DNA of 64,000 bases, from the IMG/VR virus record IMGVR_UViG_3300025659_000002, positions 1-64,000 of that record. One strand, 5' to 3'. How positions within the stretch are numbered: position 1 is the first letter of the stretch; every line of letters starts with the position of its first letter. The translations under genes and the position numbers were made by a program. Below are positions 55,947-64,000 of this stretch, piece by piece. The notes beneath the pieces are model-generated. The model was not told the origin of the DNA, did not search any database, and was given only the letters and a program-made list of their open reading frames with translations. The DNA is from a virus (taxonomy: Duplodnaviria > Heunggongvirae > Uroviricota > Caudoviricetes).

Positions 55947-56528
55947 TTAAGTGATTATTGGTGGCGATAATGCGCTTCCCGTTGAAGAGTCAGATAGATT
56001 TCCAAGCCAAGCAAGGTCATCTTTTACTCCGCTAGCTATTACAAAATCAGAAGATGCTCCAACGCCCATTCTCCTAAGAGAGTTGTCGTCAGTGAAAGGG
56101 TCTTCCATAGCCATGGTTAATTCACGTTGAATTTTATGTCGTTCGGTGACCATTAGTGAAAAGGCTAAATGTCTGTTTTCATATCGTTGGTGTGAGGGGG
56201 TACACCACCAACAAGCTTCGTGAAATTCGGGATGCCAGCTTTTACAGCAAAGACAATACCATCCCTTTAATTTTGTAGCTTCAATATCTTCTTCGGAGAA
56301 TTGAGACATGGGTTTATAATAAGGTTTTCGAAGCCCCTTGGCGTAGTTAATTCCATAATATTTTCGATTTCTGGAGCTAATTACACCTTCAGGTTTCTGA
56401 TGTCGAAATTCTTTGAAGGGGAGTCTTTTGGTTTTTTTGCGTTCTCTTGCGTGGTAGTTATATAATTCATCTGTCACATCTTGAGGCGAACGATTAGCTC
56501 TCCCAAACGCTTGCAAAACACCCGCCAT
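55947..56528 (-). CDS. zinc-finger protein (193 aa)
   Basis: WYCLCCKSWHPEFHEACWWCTPSH. Confidence 0.45.
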   Translation of the reverse strand: MAGVLQAFGRANRSPQDVTDELYNYHARERKKTKRLPFKEFRHQKPEGVISSRNRKYYGINYAKGLRKPYYKPMSQFSEEDIEATKLKGWYCLCCKSWHPEFHEACWWCTPSHQRYENRHLAFSLMVTERHKIQRELTMAMEDPFTDDNSLRRMGVGASSDFVIASGVKDDLAWLGNLSDSSTGSALSPPIIT

Positions 56529-56772
56529 AGAAATCCCTCCCTAATTGCATTACGTGTGTAAACTCGTAGTCAATATCAGACATACATACATTTTCTAAAT
56601 ATTCTTCCCGTTCTTCTTTATCAAATCCATCATAATTACCGTTAGCAAAAATATAGAAATAAAGAGGGTCTTGACCACCTAGCTGTTGAATGTCATAACA
56701 AATACCCTTAGTTCCAGTATCGTTTCCCAACATAGGAAGTCTTAACTTAACTATTGTTCCTTTCATTACCAC
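56494..56772 (-). CDS. hypothetical protein (92 aa)
   Basis: ORF track. Confidence 0.4.
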   Translation of the reverse strand: MVMKGTIVKLRLPMLGNDTGTKGICYDIQQLGGQDPLYFYIFANGNYDGFDKEEREEYLENVCMSDIDYEFTHVMQLGRDFYGGCFASVWES

Positions 56773-57053
56773 TTCTGGCCCCTTCTAATTGCACTAATAT
56801 CGTTTAAAAATGTAATATGTTCTTGAGCGGATGTAGCATCCCTTTCCATTTTTCCTATAACACACCCTACGGTGGCTATAAGTTGTTCTTTATTCATGTC
56901 CTTAATGGGCTGGCCAAAAATAAAAGTTTCCATGCCCTTCTTTAGATATCTATCCATAAAAGTCCCGGGCAATCGTACTTCTATAGGTTTCGTTGAGGTT
57001 TCTTTACTCATGTTTGTTTTGGTTATCTGTTGTTTTCTGGAGGAAATACACAA
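56766..57053 (-). CDS. hypothetical protein (95 aa)
   Basis: ORF track. Confidence 0.4.
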   Translation of the reverse strand: MCISSRKQQITKTNMSKETSTKPIEVRLPGTFMDRYLKKGMETFIFGQPIKDMNKEQLIATVGCVIGKMERDATSAQEHITFLNDISAIRRGQKW

Positions 57054-57238
57054 TCTTTCATGGTATTATGCCAGCCATCTATTGTTGGAACTCCTCCCTG
57101 AGCTATACAAGCATCAATAGCTTGTTGTGATTTAGTAGGACGTCTTTCGTCATTTTTATAAAAAACCATTCCGATCATTATTATTATAAAGGTTGCTGTC
57201 CATATTATATTTCTCTTAATTCGATAATCTTTAGCCAT
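57023..57238 (-). CDS. small membrane/lipoprotein paralog (QQAIDACIAQGGVP)
   Basis: Shares the QQAIDACI-GG-P...DC motif with 44177..44371. Confidence 0.45.
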   Translation of the reverse strand: MAKDYRIKRNIIWTATFIIIMIGMVFYKNDERRPTKSQQAIDACIAQGGVPTIDGWHNTMKDCVFPPENNR

Positions 57239-57260
57239 ATGTGCTCTCCATTGTTAGGTG

Positions 57261-57332
57261 CAGGGACGGCAGGACTCGAACCCGCATTGCCGGTTTTGGA
57301 GACCGGAGCTCTACCAATTGAACTACGCCCCT
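57261..57332 (-). tRNA. tRNA-Trp (anticodon CCA)
   Basis: AGGGGCG-TA-GTTCAATTGGTAGAGC-T-CCGGT-CTCCAAA-ACCGG-CAAT-GCGGG-TTCGAGT-CCTGC-CGTCCCT-G; all stems pair; U11-G24 in the D stem. Confidence 0.7.
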
Positions 57333-57390
57333 ATTAATTTAGTCTTAAGTTAAAAAAATTCGTTCTGAAAGTATAAGCTACTTCATACTG

Positions 57391-57420
57391 TTCTTATACC
57401 CAAATACTGAAAAATTTCGG
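57391..57420 (-). promoter_or_regulatory. recurrent promoter-like motif copy
   Basis: ttcttatacccaaatactgaaaaa upstream of tRNA-Trp. Confidence 0.4.
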
Positions 57421-57524
57421 AGCCGCGCTGCGCTTATTACAAAAGGAAATATGTCGCTTAGTATATAATTTTGGAGATAAAAAGAAAGGCCAAATGGACC
57501 TCTCTTTTTGACAGCGTGGGTAGG

Positions 57525-57701
57525 TTACTTAGTGGTTTCGGCAAGTTCTGAGAGGGTTTTTCCGCAATAATGACAGCGGGGGTCTTCTTTAATATTTTTA
57601 ACTTCATCAGGATGAAACCCATGTATACAGGGTCCGTCCGGATCTGGATCTTCGTCTGGACCAAAAATCCACTCTTTCAAATTAAATGGCCATAGGCTCA
57701 T
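57525..57701 (-). CDS. small zinc-ribbon protein (58 aa, below the ORF-track threshold)
   Basis: MSLWPFNLKEW...CIHGFHPDEV...CHYCGK. RBS aaaaaggagaaacc upstream; ATGA overlap with the upstream 57698..57892 gene. Preferred over the 57458..57664 ORF in another frame. Confidence 0.45.
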   Translation of the reverse strand: MSLWPFNLKEWIFGPDEDPDPDGPCIHGFHPDEVKNIKEDPRCHYCGKTLSELAETTK

Positions 57702-57892
57702 AAGGTTTCTCCTTTTTTAGCTAATTGCCATATTCCGGTTTCTGCATGAGCAGCACACCATATAGCATACAACCGTTTGTAAGTCATTTTAGCATACTTT
57801 GAAGGCGGATCATTAGGCCAGCGTTTCTGAGCCCAAGCCGCCAATTCGTATTGATGTTTGTAGGGACACTGAACCCCAGTAGACCATACCAT
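57698..57892 (-). CDS. hypothetical protein (64 aa)
   Basis: ORF track; TGA stop overlaps the downstream ATG. Confidence 0.4.
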   Translation of the reverse strand: MVWSTGVQCPYKHQYELAAWAQKRWPNDPPSKYAKMTYKRLYAIWCAAHAETGIWQLAKKGETL

Positions 57893-57919
57893 AATATAGA
57901 TCTCCTTAGTTATTACATA

Positions 57920-57949
57920 GTTCTTATACCTTTATTGCATAAATTATAA
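57920..57949 (-). promoter_or_regulatory. recurrent promoter-like motif copy (variant TTCTTATACCT)
   Basis: 28 nt upstream of the 57892 start. Confidence 0.4.
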
Positions 57950-57956
57950 AAAAAAC

Positions 57957-57985
57957 CTTTACAAATAAATTCGTAACACTTATAT
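57957..57985 (+). promoter_or_regulatory. sigma70-like promoter candidate (TTTACA-17-TATATT)
   Basis: tttaca + aataaattcgtaacact + tatatt, 41 nt upstream of ATG 58027. Confidence 0.4.
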
Positions 57986-58026
57986 TGAGATATCAATTGA
58001 TAATTATTTTTAAGGACATAAAATAC

Positions 58027-58371
58027 ATGGATAAAGCACAACACGTGTTTATGAAATACGCTGAGCGTAATAAACGTAAACCTAATCGTCTATTATTAGA
58101 TTTAGCCCCAGGAGCATTATCTGGGACTGTTACCAGTTTATTGCTTCACCCCTTAGATACCCTACAAGTTCGTCGTCAGACGGCTCCTCCCTCTCAAAAT
58201 GTTGACTTTAATAAACCTCCTAAACTTACGAAACCAATAGGTAAATTAAAGGCTTTTAAATCTTTGTATAAAGGTTTAGGATTAAAATTGTTACGTAACA
58301 TTCCAACGTTAGCTATAGGATTTGGTACCTACGGAGTTACTAAAGACTATCTAGACAAAAAATATAAATAG
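58027..58371 (+). CDS. MDKA-motif protein 1 (114 aa)
   Basis: Starts MDKAQHVFMKYAE (ORF track 57985..58371 trimmed to the ATG with RBS aagga). Confidence 0.5.
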   Translation: MDKAQHVFMKYAERNKRKPNRLLLDLAPGALSGTVTSLLLHPLDTLQVRRQTAPPSQNVDFNKPPKLTKPIGKLKAFKSLYKGLGLKLLRNIPTLAIGFGTYGVTKDYLDKKYK

Positions 58372-58379
58372 GAGTTAAA

Positions 58380-60419
58380 ATGGATATTCAATCACCATTA
58401 GGAACTGTAGTAGGGTTAGGAGCCTCAGCAGTCCCGTCGATTCCACAACCAAAAAGGCGTACTAAATTTAGAAAACTTATGAACGCCTCTTTAGTAGGAG
58501 CATCAAGTGCTATTTCTACGTTGGTGCCTGGCGCGCCCTTACAAAGTGCAGCAGCGGCGTCATTAGCTCCGGAAGGGAGAAAGGTGCAAGCAGCTCAAGC
58601 AGCCCTTACTGGGTCTATGTTAGGGTCTTTACCTGGGGCGGCACTGTTTACTAGACAATTTTTTGCAAGTAATAAAAAAAACATAGAAGATTTAAAAGGA
58701 AAAACATTCAACGACATAAGCGATGTTACAAAGGCCTATTTAAAAAATCAAAAGCAGTTAGCTAAAAATTTTATAAAACAACCAGATTTACCATCAAAAG
58801 CTTTTCAATTATTTACTAATAAAATAAAAGGCACCTTAACAAAATTTAAAACATTCAAAGTACCAGCAGCCGCGTTATTAGCAGGAAGTGCTATAGGTTC
58901 TGGCATAGGATACCATAGGAGTACAAATATGAAGAAACAAGGAGAGTTTTCTAAAGCAGAACTATTATTTAATAAAACTGCAGGACCGACTGCTGCAAGC
59001 GTGGCTGAGACAGGGCAGAAGGTATTAAAAAGAACTAAAGAGTTATTTTCTGGCAATAAGATGAAGTCTAAGATAGATGCAGCTAAAAAGAGCGGGAAAG
59101 AGCTTGACGCTAACGAGGCTGGTAAAGAAATTGTAAAAGTATACGCTACACGAGGTGCGGCGGGTACAGGCGCAGCAGCTGTATTAGCAGACGCAGTTAT
59201 AGATAAAAAAGCGGAATATGTATTTTTAAAAGTTGCAATTAATGCGAAGGCATTAAAATTAAAGGCCATAACAATTGCCCAGGAAGCGAAAGCAACCTCA
59301 GATGCGGTTGTTAAAGGAACTTCAAAAAGAGTAGTGAAAAATAAAAGTCTGGCACCCGTAGATGCCCGATGGACCTCTTCTGGAGGTAAAGGAACCGCTG
59401 CGAATACTTCGAAATCTTCGAAAGCGTCAGCAGCTTCAACTACTTCGAAATCTACAAAATCTACAAAGGCTACAACTTCAACTGCTCCGGCAAAAACTGA
59501 GCAACCTGCGGCAAAGAAAGGAATAAGTTTAAATGCTAAACTTCTAGGGTTTGGCGCAGGAACAACTCTCGCAGGAATAGGGATAGGGCGCGCTAGTAAA
59601 ACTGGATCGGTATCTGCTAGATATTTGGAACTAGTAAAAGGTAGCCGTCTAAAGGGCCTTAAACAAAGTAAAGCAGATTATATAAATAAATTAAAAACTG
59701 TGACCTCTAAACTTCATAAGGATCATCCTAAGTATACGGAACTATTAAAAAATGTAGAAAAAGAGATTAAAATCGAAACAGCTAAAGTAGTAGGAACAGT
59801 AGTAGGAACTCCTACAGCAGCAGCTACCTTAGTAGGCGGAGCTATGTCTTTAAATAAAAAAGCAGAAGCTGTAATGAGTAAATTAGGTAAAAAGTATCCT
59901 TATATAGATTTAGCACATGATCTAGAGTTGTCTAGAATAAGAGAAGAGCTACAAGCGCGAGCGCATGCTAGAGCCTTACAGGAAAGTCCTTCTGGCAAAT
60001 GGAATAAAGAAAACGCTCCAGAGTATTCGGCGAGCTCAAAAAAGGAAAGAAGTAAACAATATAGGACTGCCACAATACCTAAAACAACGGGGGTCGGAGC
60101 AGCATTAGGAGCTTGATCAGGTACAAAATGGTTAGGTAAAAATCCTCCTAGTAATTATTGAGCTGTAAACCCAGAACCGCTTTCAGTATTAAGAAAAATG
60201 AAAGGTTTAGGAAAAAATGTTGCAGTAGGAGCTGTAGCGGGTGCAGCGTTTGGAACAATGATAGCAGCTGCCGTAGGGAGCGATAAAGCTCAGCGAAAAT
60301 ATTTGAAAGTTAAAGGATTAAGAGGCGGTCAAGATCTTACCAGTAAACAGCTAAAAAAATATGTACCAGAGGCTTTAACAACGTCTAGATTAATTAATGA
60401 TATAGACTACGCATCTTAA
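58380..60419 (+). CDS. Ala/Lys/Gly-rich large protein (about 679 aa) with two in-frame TGA; candidate virion internal protein
   Basis: ORFs 58380..60116 and 60198..60419 are in one frame, joined through TGA at 60117 and TGA at 60159 (GAALGAWSGTKWLGKNPPSNYWAVNPEP). RBS taggagttaaaATG. Confidence 0.55.
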
Positions 60420-60436
60420 AGAGTGGGAAATAATTA

Positions 60437-60598
60437 AATGAAAAAACAAGCAGTAAAAGACTTAGTTACCGAAGTAAAACATCTGACTCACATGATTGAG
60501 GGTAAAAAGGGTTTTAATGTAATGAGAGGTCTCTACGGACCCAACGCAATTGCAAATTTTGCTAAATGAAAAAAAAGCAAATCCTGGAAAGAAATATA
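60437..60598 (+). CDS. small ORF (uncertain)
   Basis: ATG with an aattaaATG context; length and possible internal TGA are uncertain from my hand reading. Confidence 0.2.
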
Positions 60599-60652
60599 AA
60601 GATTATGCTCAGTTATACAAAAAAGCAGAATACATTTTCTCAAAAATAGTCA

Positions 60653-61195
60653 ATGCCTAAATTCTTTCCAGTACCAAAATTTAAGATAGATCGAGGATTC
60701 GATCCAACCCTCATTCAACAAAAAGCTGGATGAGACAATATCTTTTTGCAGGGACGAAAGAACAAAGCTAAATATAGAGCCTTAATAGCTAATAAATCTA
60801 TACCATTTATGAGTAGAGAAGTGTTTACTAGGAAACCCCTCCCTAACGTTACTAGGGAAGGTTATAATGGGATCTTAACCTCTTTTAAGAAGGTAGCTCA
60901 GGTATTTGAGAAGTATGCTAAATATACCTCTTGTAAAATCAAGTTTAAGAAACTTCAAAAACATAAAAAACCTCTAACTCCAGAAGAGCGCGCGTTAGTG
61001 ATGAAAAGCAAAGCAGTTTGGAATTTTCATTTTGGTAGAGATGGCAAACGCCAAGCAACTCCGGCTGTATGGAAATCGGTACAACCTGATGGTAGAACTA
61101 TATATGTAACTAATACTCATCGAGCCTTTAATACAGCTCCTACAGTAAAAGGCGCAATTAACAGATATCACACATTTATAAAAGGAACAGCATAA
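60653..61195 (+). CDS. basic protein with in-frame TGA (extends ORF 60746..61195 upstream)
   Basis: ORF track starts at TTG 60746. The same frame is open back to ATG at about 60653 through TGA at about 60731 (QQKAGWDNIFLQGRK). Confidence 0.4.
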
Positions 61196-61917
61196 TGAAT
61201 AAAGCACAATACATATTTGAAAAATGAGCTTCAACTGCGATGATAAGAGCGGTTAAGGCTAGAAAGATCTCTGCAGAAGCAGCGGGAAAAGCTACTCAAA
61301 CTTTAGGACTTAAGTCTAGATATTTAAAAGATTTGGGCCAGGGAGTTGAAGGGTTGGCACAGTTAAGGACTTCCGCAAAACACCAACTTCAAGTTGCTAA
61401 ACTCTATGACCCTAAGGGAGGGCTTTCGAGTAAAGAGGTATTAAAAGAAAAAGTTCGTACTTTTAAAACAATGTCAGGCAAAGGCAATTTTGCCAAGTAT
61501 TATGGAAAAGATCCTAAACGACCCATCACTTTCCACGAGTATAGTCCAGGAACTGCCGGAATTGGGAGCTCTATAAAACAAACTCTTCTAACAAAGGCAC
61601 AAGCTACACTGAGAGGTGTACCTATGGCCGACGTAGTTAGAAACCCAGGAAACATTCAGGGTGGAAAAATAATTGACTTCCTTCCCGCAGGTAGAAGGGG
61701 GCGCAAAGCTCTACAAACAACCACTGTCGGGAAACAGACTGAGGGATTTAAAAAAGCGGTTAAGAGTGAAGTGTGGAAGGCTCTGTCTTTAAAGAAAAAA
61801 CCAGCTGCAGCTATAGAAGGTATTAAGTACCAAGCTATAGATTTTGGAAGTAAGTTATTAGAGAGCGGTATGACCCGAAATTCTAATATACCTAAAGCAA
61901 TATACGGTAAGAAATAA
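61195..61917 (+). CDS. MDKA-motif protein 2 (MNKAQYIFEKW..., basic, 240 aa) with in-frame TGA
   Basis: ATG at 61195 (TAATG overlap). TGA at 61225 is in frame (MNKAQYIFEK-W-ASTAMIRAV); the ORF track begins only at the internal Met at 61240. Confidence 0.5.
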
Positions 61918-61918
61918 A

Positions 61919-63319
61919 ATGGATAAAGCCCTACACGTATTTAATAAGTATGCTGCCGATCAGCCCCACCAAGCTAGAGTATTAAAGAAGCTTGAGAAGA
62001 CTGATCAAATGTTGTTATATCACGGCTTAGGTTCTGGTAAAACCTATACGGCATTACGTGCAGGTGAAAAGTTTAAGAAACCTGTAACAGTTATAGGCCC
62101 TGCAGCTTTAAAACATAATTTTCCTAAAGAGAGGCTTAAGCATAAAATAAAAGGGGAAGGTTCTTATTATTCTTATAATAAACCTCCAACAAAAAATGTT
62201 TCAAAAGACGTAGTTGTATTCGATGAAGCCCACAGAATGGGTAGAACAGAGTCCCAACGTTCACACTATCCAGATAAAATAAAGGGTAAGAAAACCCTGC
62301 TTCTATCAGGAACTCCTATTAGAAATGAACCTGCAGAATTAATACCGCTTTTACGGGGTTTAAATATTAATATAGGTAGAGATAAAAAAAGATTTAACCA
62401 GGCGTTTATTCAAGAGACTAAACAAAAACCTGGATTTTTTGCACGAGTATTTAAGGGTATTAAGCCTGGAACGGTAAAACGTGGGAAAAATTTAGGAGTT
62501 CTTAGAAAAGCTCTACGAGGCAAAGTAGATTATCATGCCCCAACTAAAGATAAAAATTATCCTTCAGTTATAAATGAGCGTATAGAAACTACAATGTCTA
62601 AAAAACAACAAGCAGCTTATAAAATGGTTATGAAAGAAGATCCTGATTTAAAGTATAAAATTAGGCATGGAATAGCTCCTTCTAAAACAGAATCATCTCG
62701 AATGAATGCATTCTTAGGAGCGGCACGCCAAGTATCTAATCGTCCGGGCAAATACAATTTAAGCGCTACAGAGGCCGATGCTCCTAAACTAAATAGAGCG
62801 ATGTCAGAAATTTCTAAGAGGCATAAAGCTAATAAAAAATATCGTGGAGTAACTTACTCTACATACTTAGGTCACGGAGTGGACCCAATGGCCAAAAGAC
62901 TTAAGAGAACTAAGATACCTTTTGGCACCTTTACAGGAAGACAGACTGACCTAGAAAAAGCTGATGTAGTAAAGAAATATAATTCTGGCAAGATTAAACA
63001 CTTACTTATATCTGGAGCGGGAGCAGAAGGGCTTGATTTAAAAGGAACAAGGCTTCTTCAAATATTAGAGCCTCATTGGAATGAACCTACTCTAAAACAA
63101 GTAAAAGGTAGAGTAAATAGATTCAAGTCTCATGAACATTTAAAAAAACAAAATCGAAATATAACGATTCAAACATATATTAATAAGCCACGTAAAACTA
63201 GATTCTTACGTAGACAACATGCGGGAACTGATGAGTATCTAGAATTGCTATCAAAAAATAAACAAAATCTTGTAAATGATTTTACTAAAGTATTAAAGGA
63301 AGTAGGAAGTGATGGATAA
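61919..63319 (+). CDS. SNF2/DEAD-like superfamily-2 helicase with MDKA N-terminal motif
   Basis: MDKALHVFNKYAAD; Walker A GLGSGKT, DEAH box VVFDEAHR, LLSGTPIRN (SNF2 motif III-like); 466 aa. Confidence 0.55.
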   Translation: MDKALHVFNKYAADQPHQARVLKKLEKTDQMLLYHGLGSGKTYTALRAGEKFKKPVTVIGPAALKHNFPKERLKHKIKGEGSYYSYNKPPTKNVSKDVVVFDEAHRMGRTESQRSHYPDKIKGKKTLLLSGTPIRNEPAELIPLLRGLNINIGRDKKRFNQAFIQETKQKPGFFARVFKGIKPGTVKRGKNLGVLRKALRGKVDYHAPTKDKNYPSVINERIETTMSKKQQAAYKMVMKEDPDLKYKIRHGIAPSKTESSRMNAFLGAARQVSNRPGKYNLSATEADAPKLNRAMSEISKRHKANKKYRGVTYSTYLGHGVDPMAKRLKRTKIPFGTFTGRQTDLEKADVVKKYNSGKIKHLLISGAGAEGLDLKGTRLLQILEPHWNEPTLKQVKGRVNRFKSHEHLKKQNRNITIQTYINKPRKTRFLRRQHAGTDEYLELLSKNKQNLVNDFTKVLKEVGSDG

Positions 63320-63764
63320 AGCTGCGCAAGTATATAATAAATATTTTTATAAGTTTGGAATGGCGAGAGTACCCTCGTTACAAAGTTGGGATGACGTTAT
63401 TAGCCAGGTAAAGAGCCATACCCGCCTTAAACCAAAATTGGACCGCGTAACACGAATGAAGTCAGTTACGTCTAATAGGAATGAAGGAAAAGATATAATA
63501 GAGAAAGTATTACCAGAAATAGATATAGTCAAAACTAAAATGAATATTGGAGATAAAGGGGTGGTACAAACTAAAAACCATCAACTTATATTTCACAGAG
63601 CTAATCCGGATTGGGGAGAAAGCGGTGATATGCATATGTCAACATATTATACAAAAGACATGCCCATTCAAAAAAGGTTTGGTGAAAAACTAATTAATTT
63701 TACTGATGCTAGTTTAAAAAAGAAAATAAAAGACAAATATCCAGAATTAGAGATGAATTGGTAA
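63312..63764 (+). CDS. MDKA-motif protein 4 (150 aa)
   Basis: MDKAAQVYNKYFYK; ATG 63312 overlaps the end of the helicase gene. Confidence 0.5.
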   Translation: MDKAAQVYNKYFYKFGMARVPSLQSWDDVISQVKSHTRLKPKLDRVTRMKSVTSNRNEGKDIIEKVLPEIDIVKTKMNIGDKGVVQTKNHQLIFHRANPDWGESGDMHMSTYYTKDMPIQKRFGEKLINFTDASLKKKIKDKYPELEMNW

Positions 63765-63767
63765 ACT

Positions 63768-64000
63768 AGTGCAAAATAAACCCTCTATATCAGACCACTA
63801 TCAATATGGTAAACGTCTTCTTAGGCATAAGGCCTTTATGATTAGGCCCGGCAGGACTATAGGAGCCCCATACGGGACGCTTTTAGCTCATGACCTCTCT
63901 AAGTTCCGCCCAAGCGAGTGGAAGCCTTATGTAGCCTATTGGCAGGGCCCTAAAGGTATTACTGGTACGAAGGATCCAGAAGTAACTAGAAAATTTAGAG
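63768..64000 (+). CDS. partial ORF running off the window end
   Basis: Open frame from GTG 63768 (or ATG 63837) to the window edge; VQNKPSISDHYQYGKRLL...; not in the track. Confidence 0.25.

Noticed and set aside
57458-57664. ORF 57458..57664 (-, 68 aa)
   Set aside because: Another frame of the same region gives a 58-aa zinc-ribbon protein (57525..57701) with a GGAG RBS and ATGA coupling to the upstream gene. The listed ORF has no RBS and a hydrophobic low-complexity sequence.
60653-60745. Uncertainty about frame continuity upstream of ORF 60746..61195
   Set aside because: Not rejected outright. My hand-indexing of lines 60541-60740 was inconsistent by 1 nt; I kept the in-frame TGA reading because it matches the ORF track frame, but the small ORF at 60437 is left at low confidence.

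Overview
AT-rich (about one-third GC), gene-dense window that looks like part of a large tailed-phage genome. Coordinates derived by hand carry about 1-2 nt uncertainty; nothing here was computed or database-checked. (1) 1-32.9 kb, almost all minus strand: NAD/ADP-ribose genes (a PncB fragment at the window edge, a PncA-like amidohydrolase, a NADAR domain protein), a tRNA cluster, an RNA-repair tool kit (polynucleotide kinase-phosphatase, two KxDG ligases, a Thg1-like 3'-5' polymerase), a vWA-PP2C-kinase TerY-P-like triad, an HflK/HflC pair, a DEDD exonuclease, Hsp20, and three tandem paralog families. (2) 29.3-30.45 kb: a 1.1 kb non-coding region packed with short iterons. (3) 33.0-34.1 kb: a GC-enriched, ORF-poor island with an embedded degenerate tRNA. 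(4) 34.2-39.4 kb, plus strand: a structural-looking module (baseplate/VgrG-like spike and large proteins) whose reading frames only stay open if in-frame TGA codons are read as sense. (5) 39.9-57.9 kb, minus strand: many small genes, five paralogs of an unknown family, an HD-domain alarmone-hydrolase-like gene and lipoproteins, almost every transcription unit preceded by the same ~30 nt motif (TTCTTATACCC...). (6) 58.0-64 kb, plus strand: a second TGA-recoded module in which four consecutive proteins, including a SNF2-like helicase, start with the same MDKAxHVFxKY peptide. Minus-strand genes use TGA as a true stop (ATGA stop/start overlaps), so TGA reassignment appears module-specific. The window contains about 11 plausible tRNAs and about 5 tRNA-like elements with abnormal anticodon arms. 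No suppressor tRNA with anticodon TCA was found.
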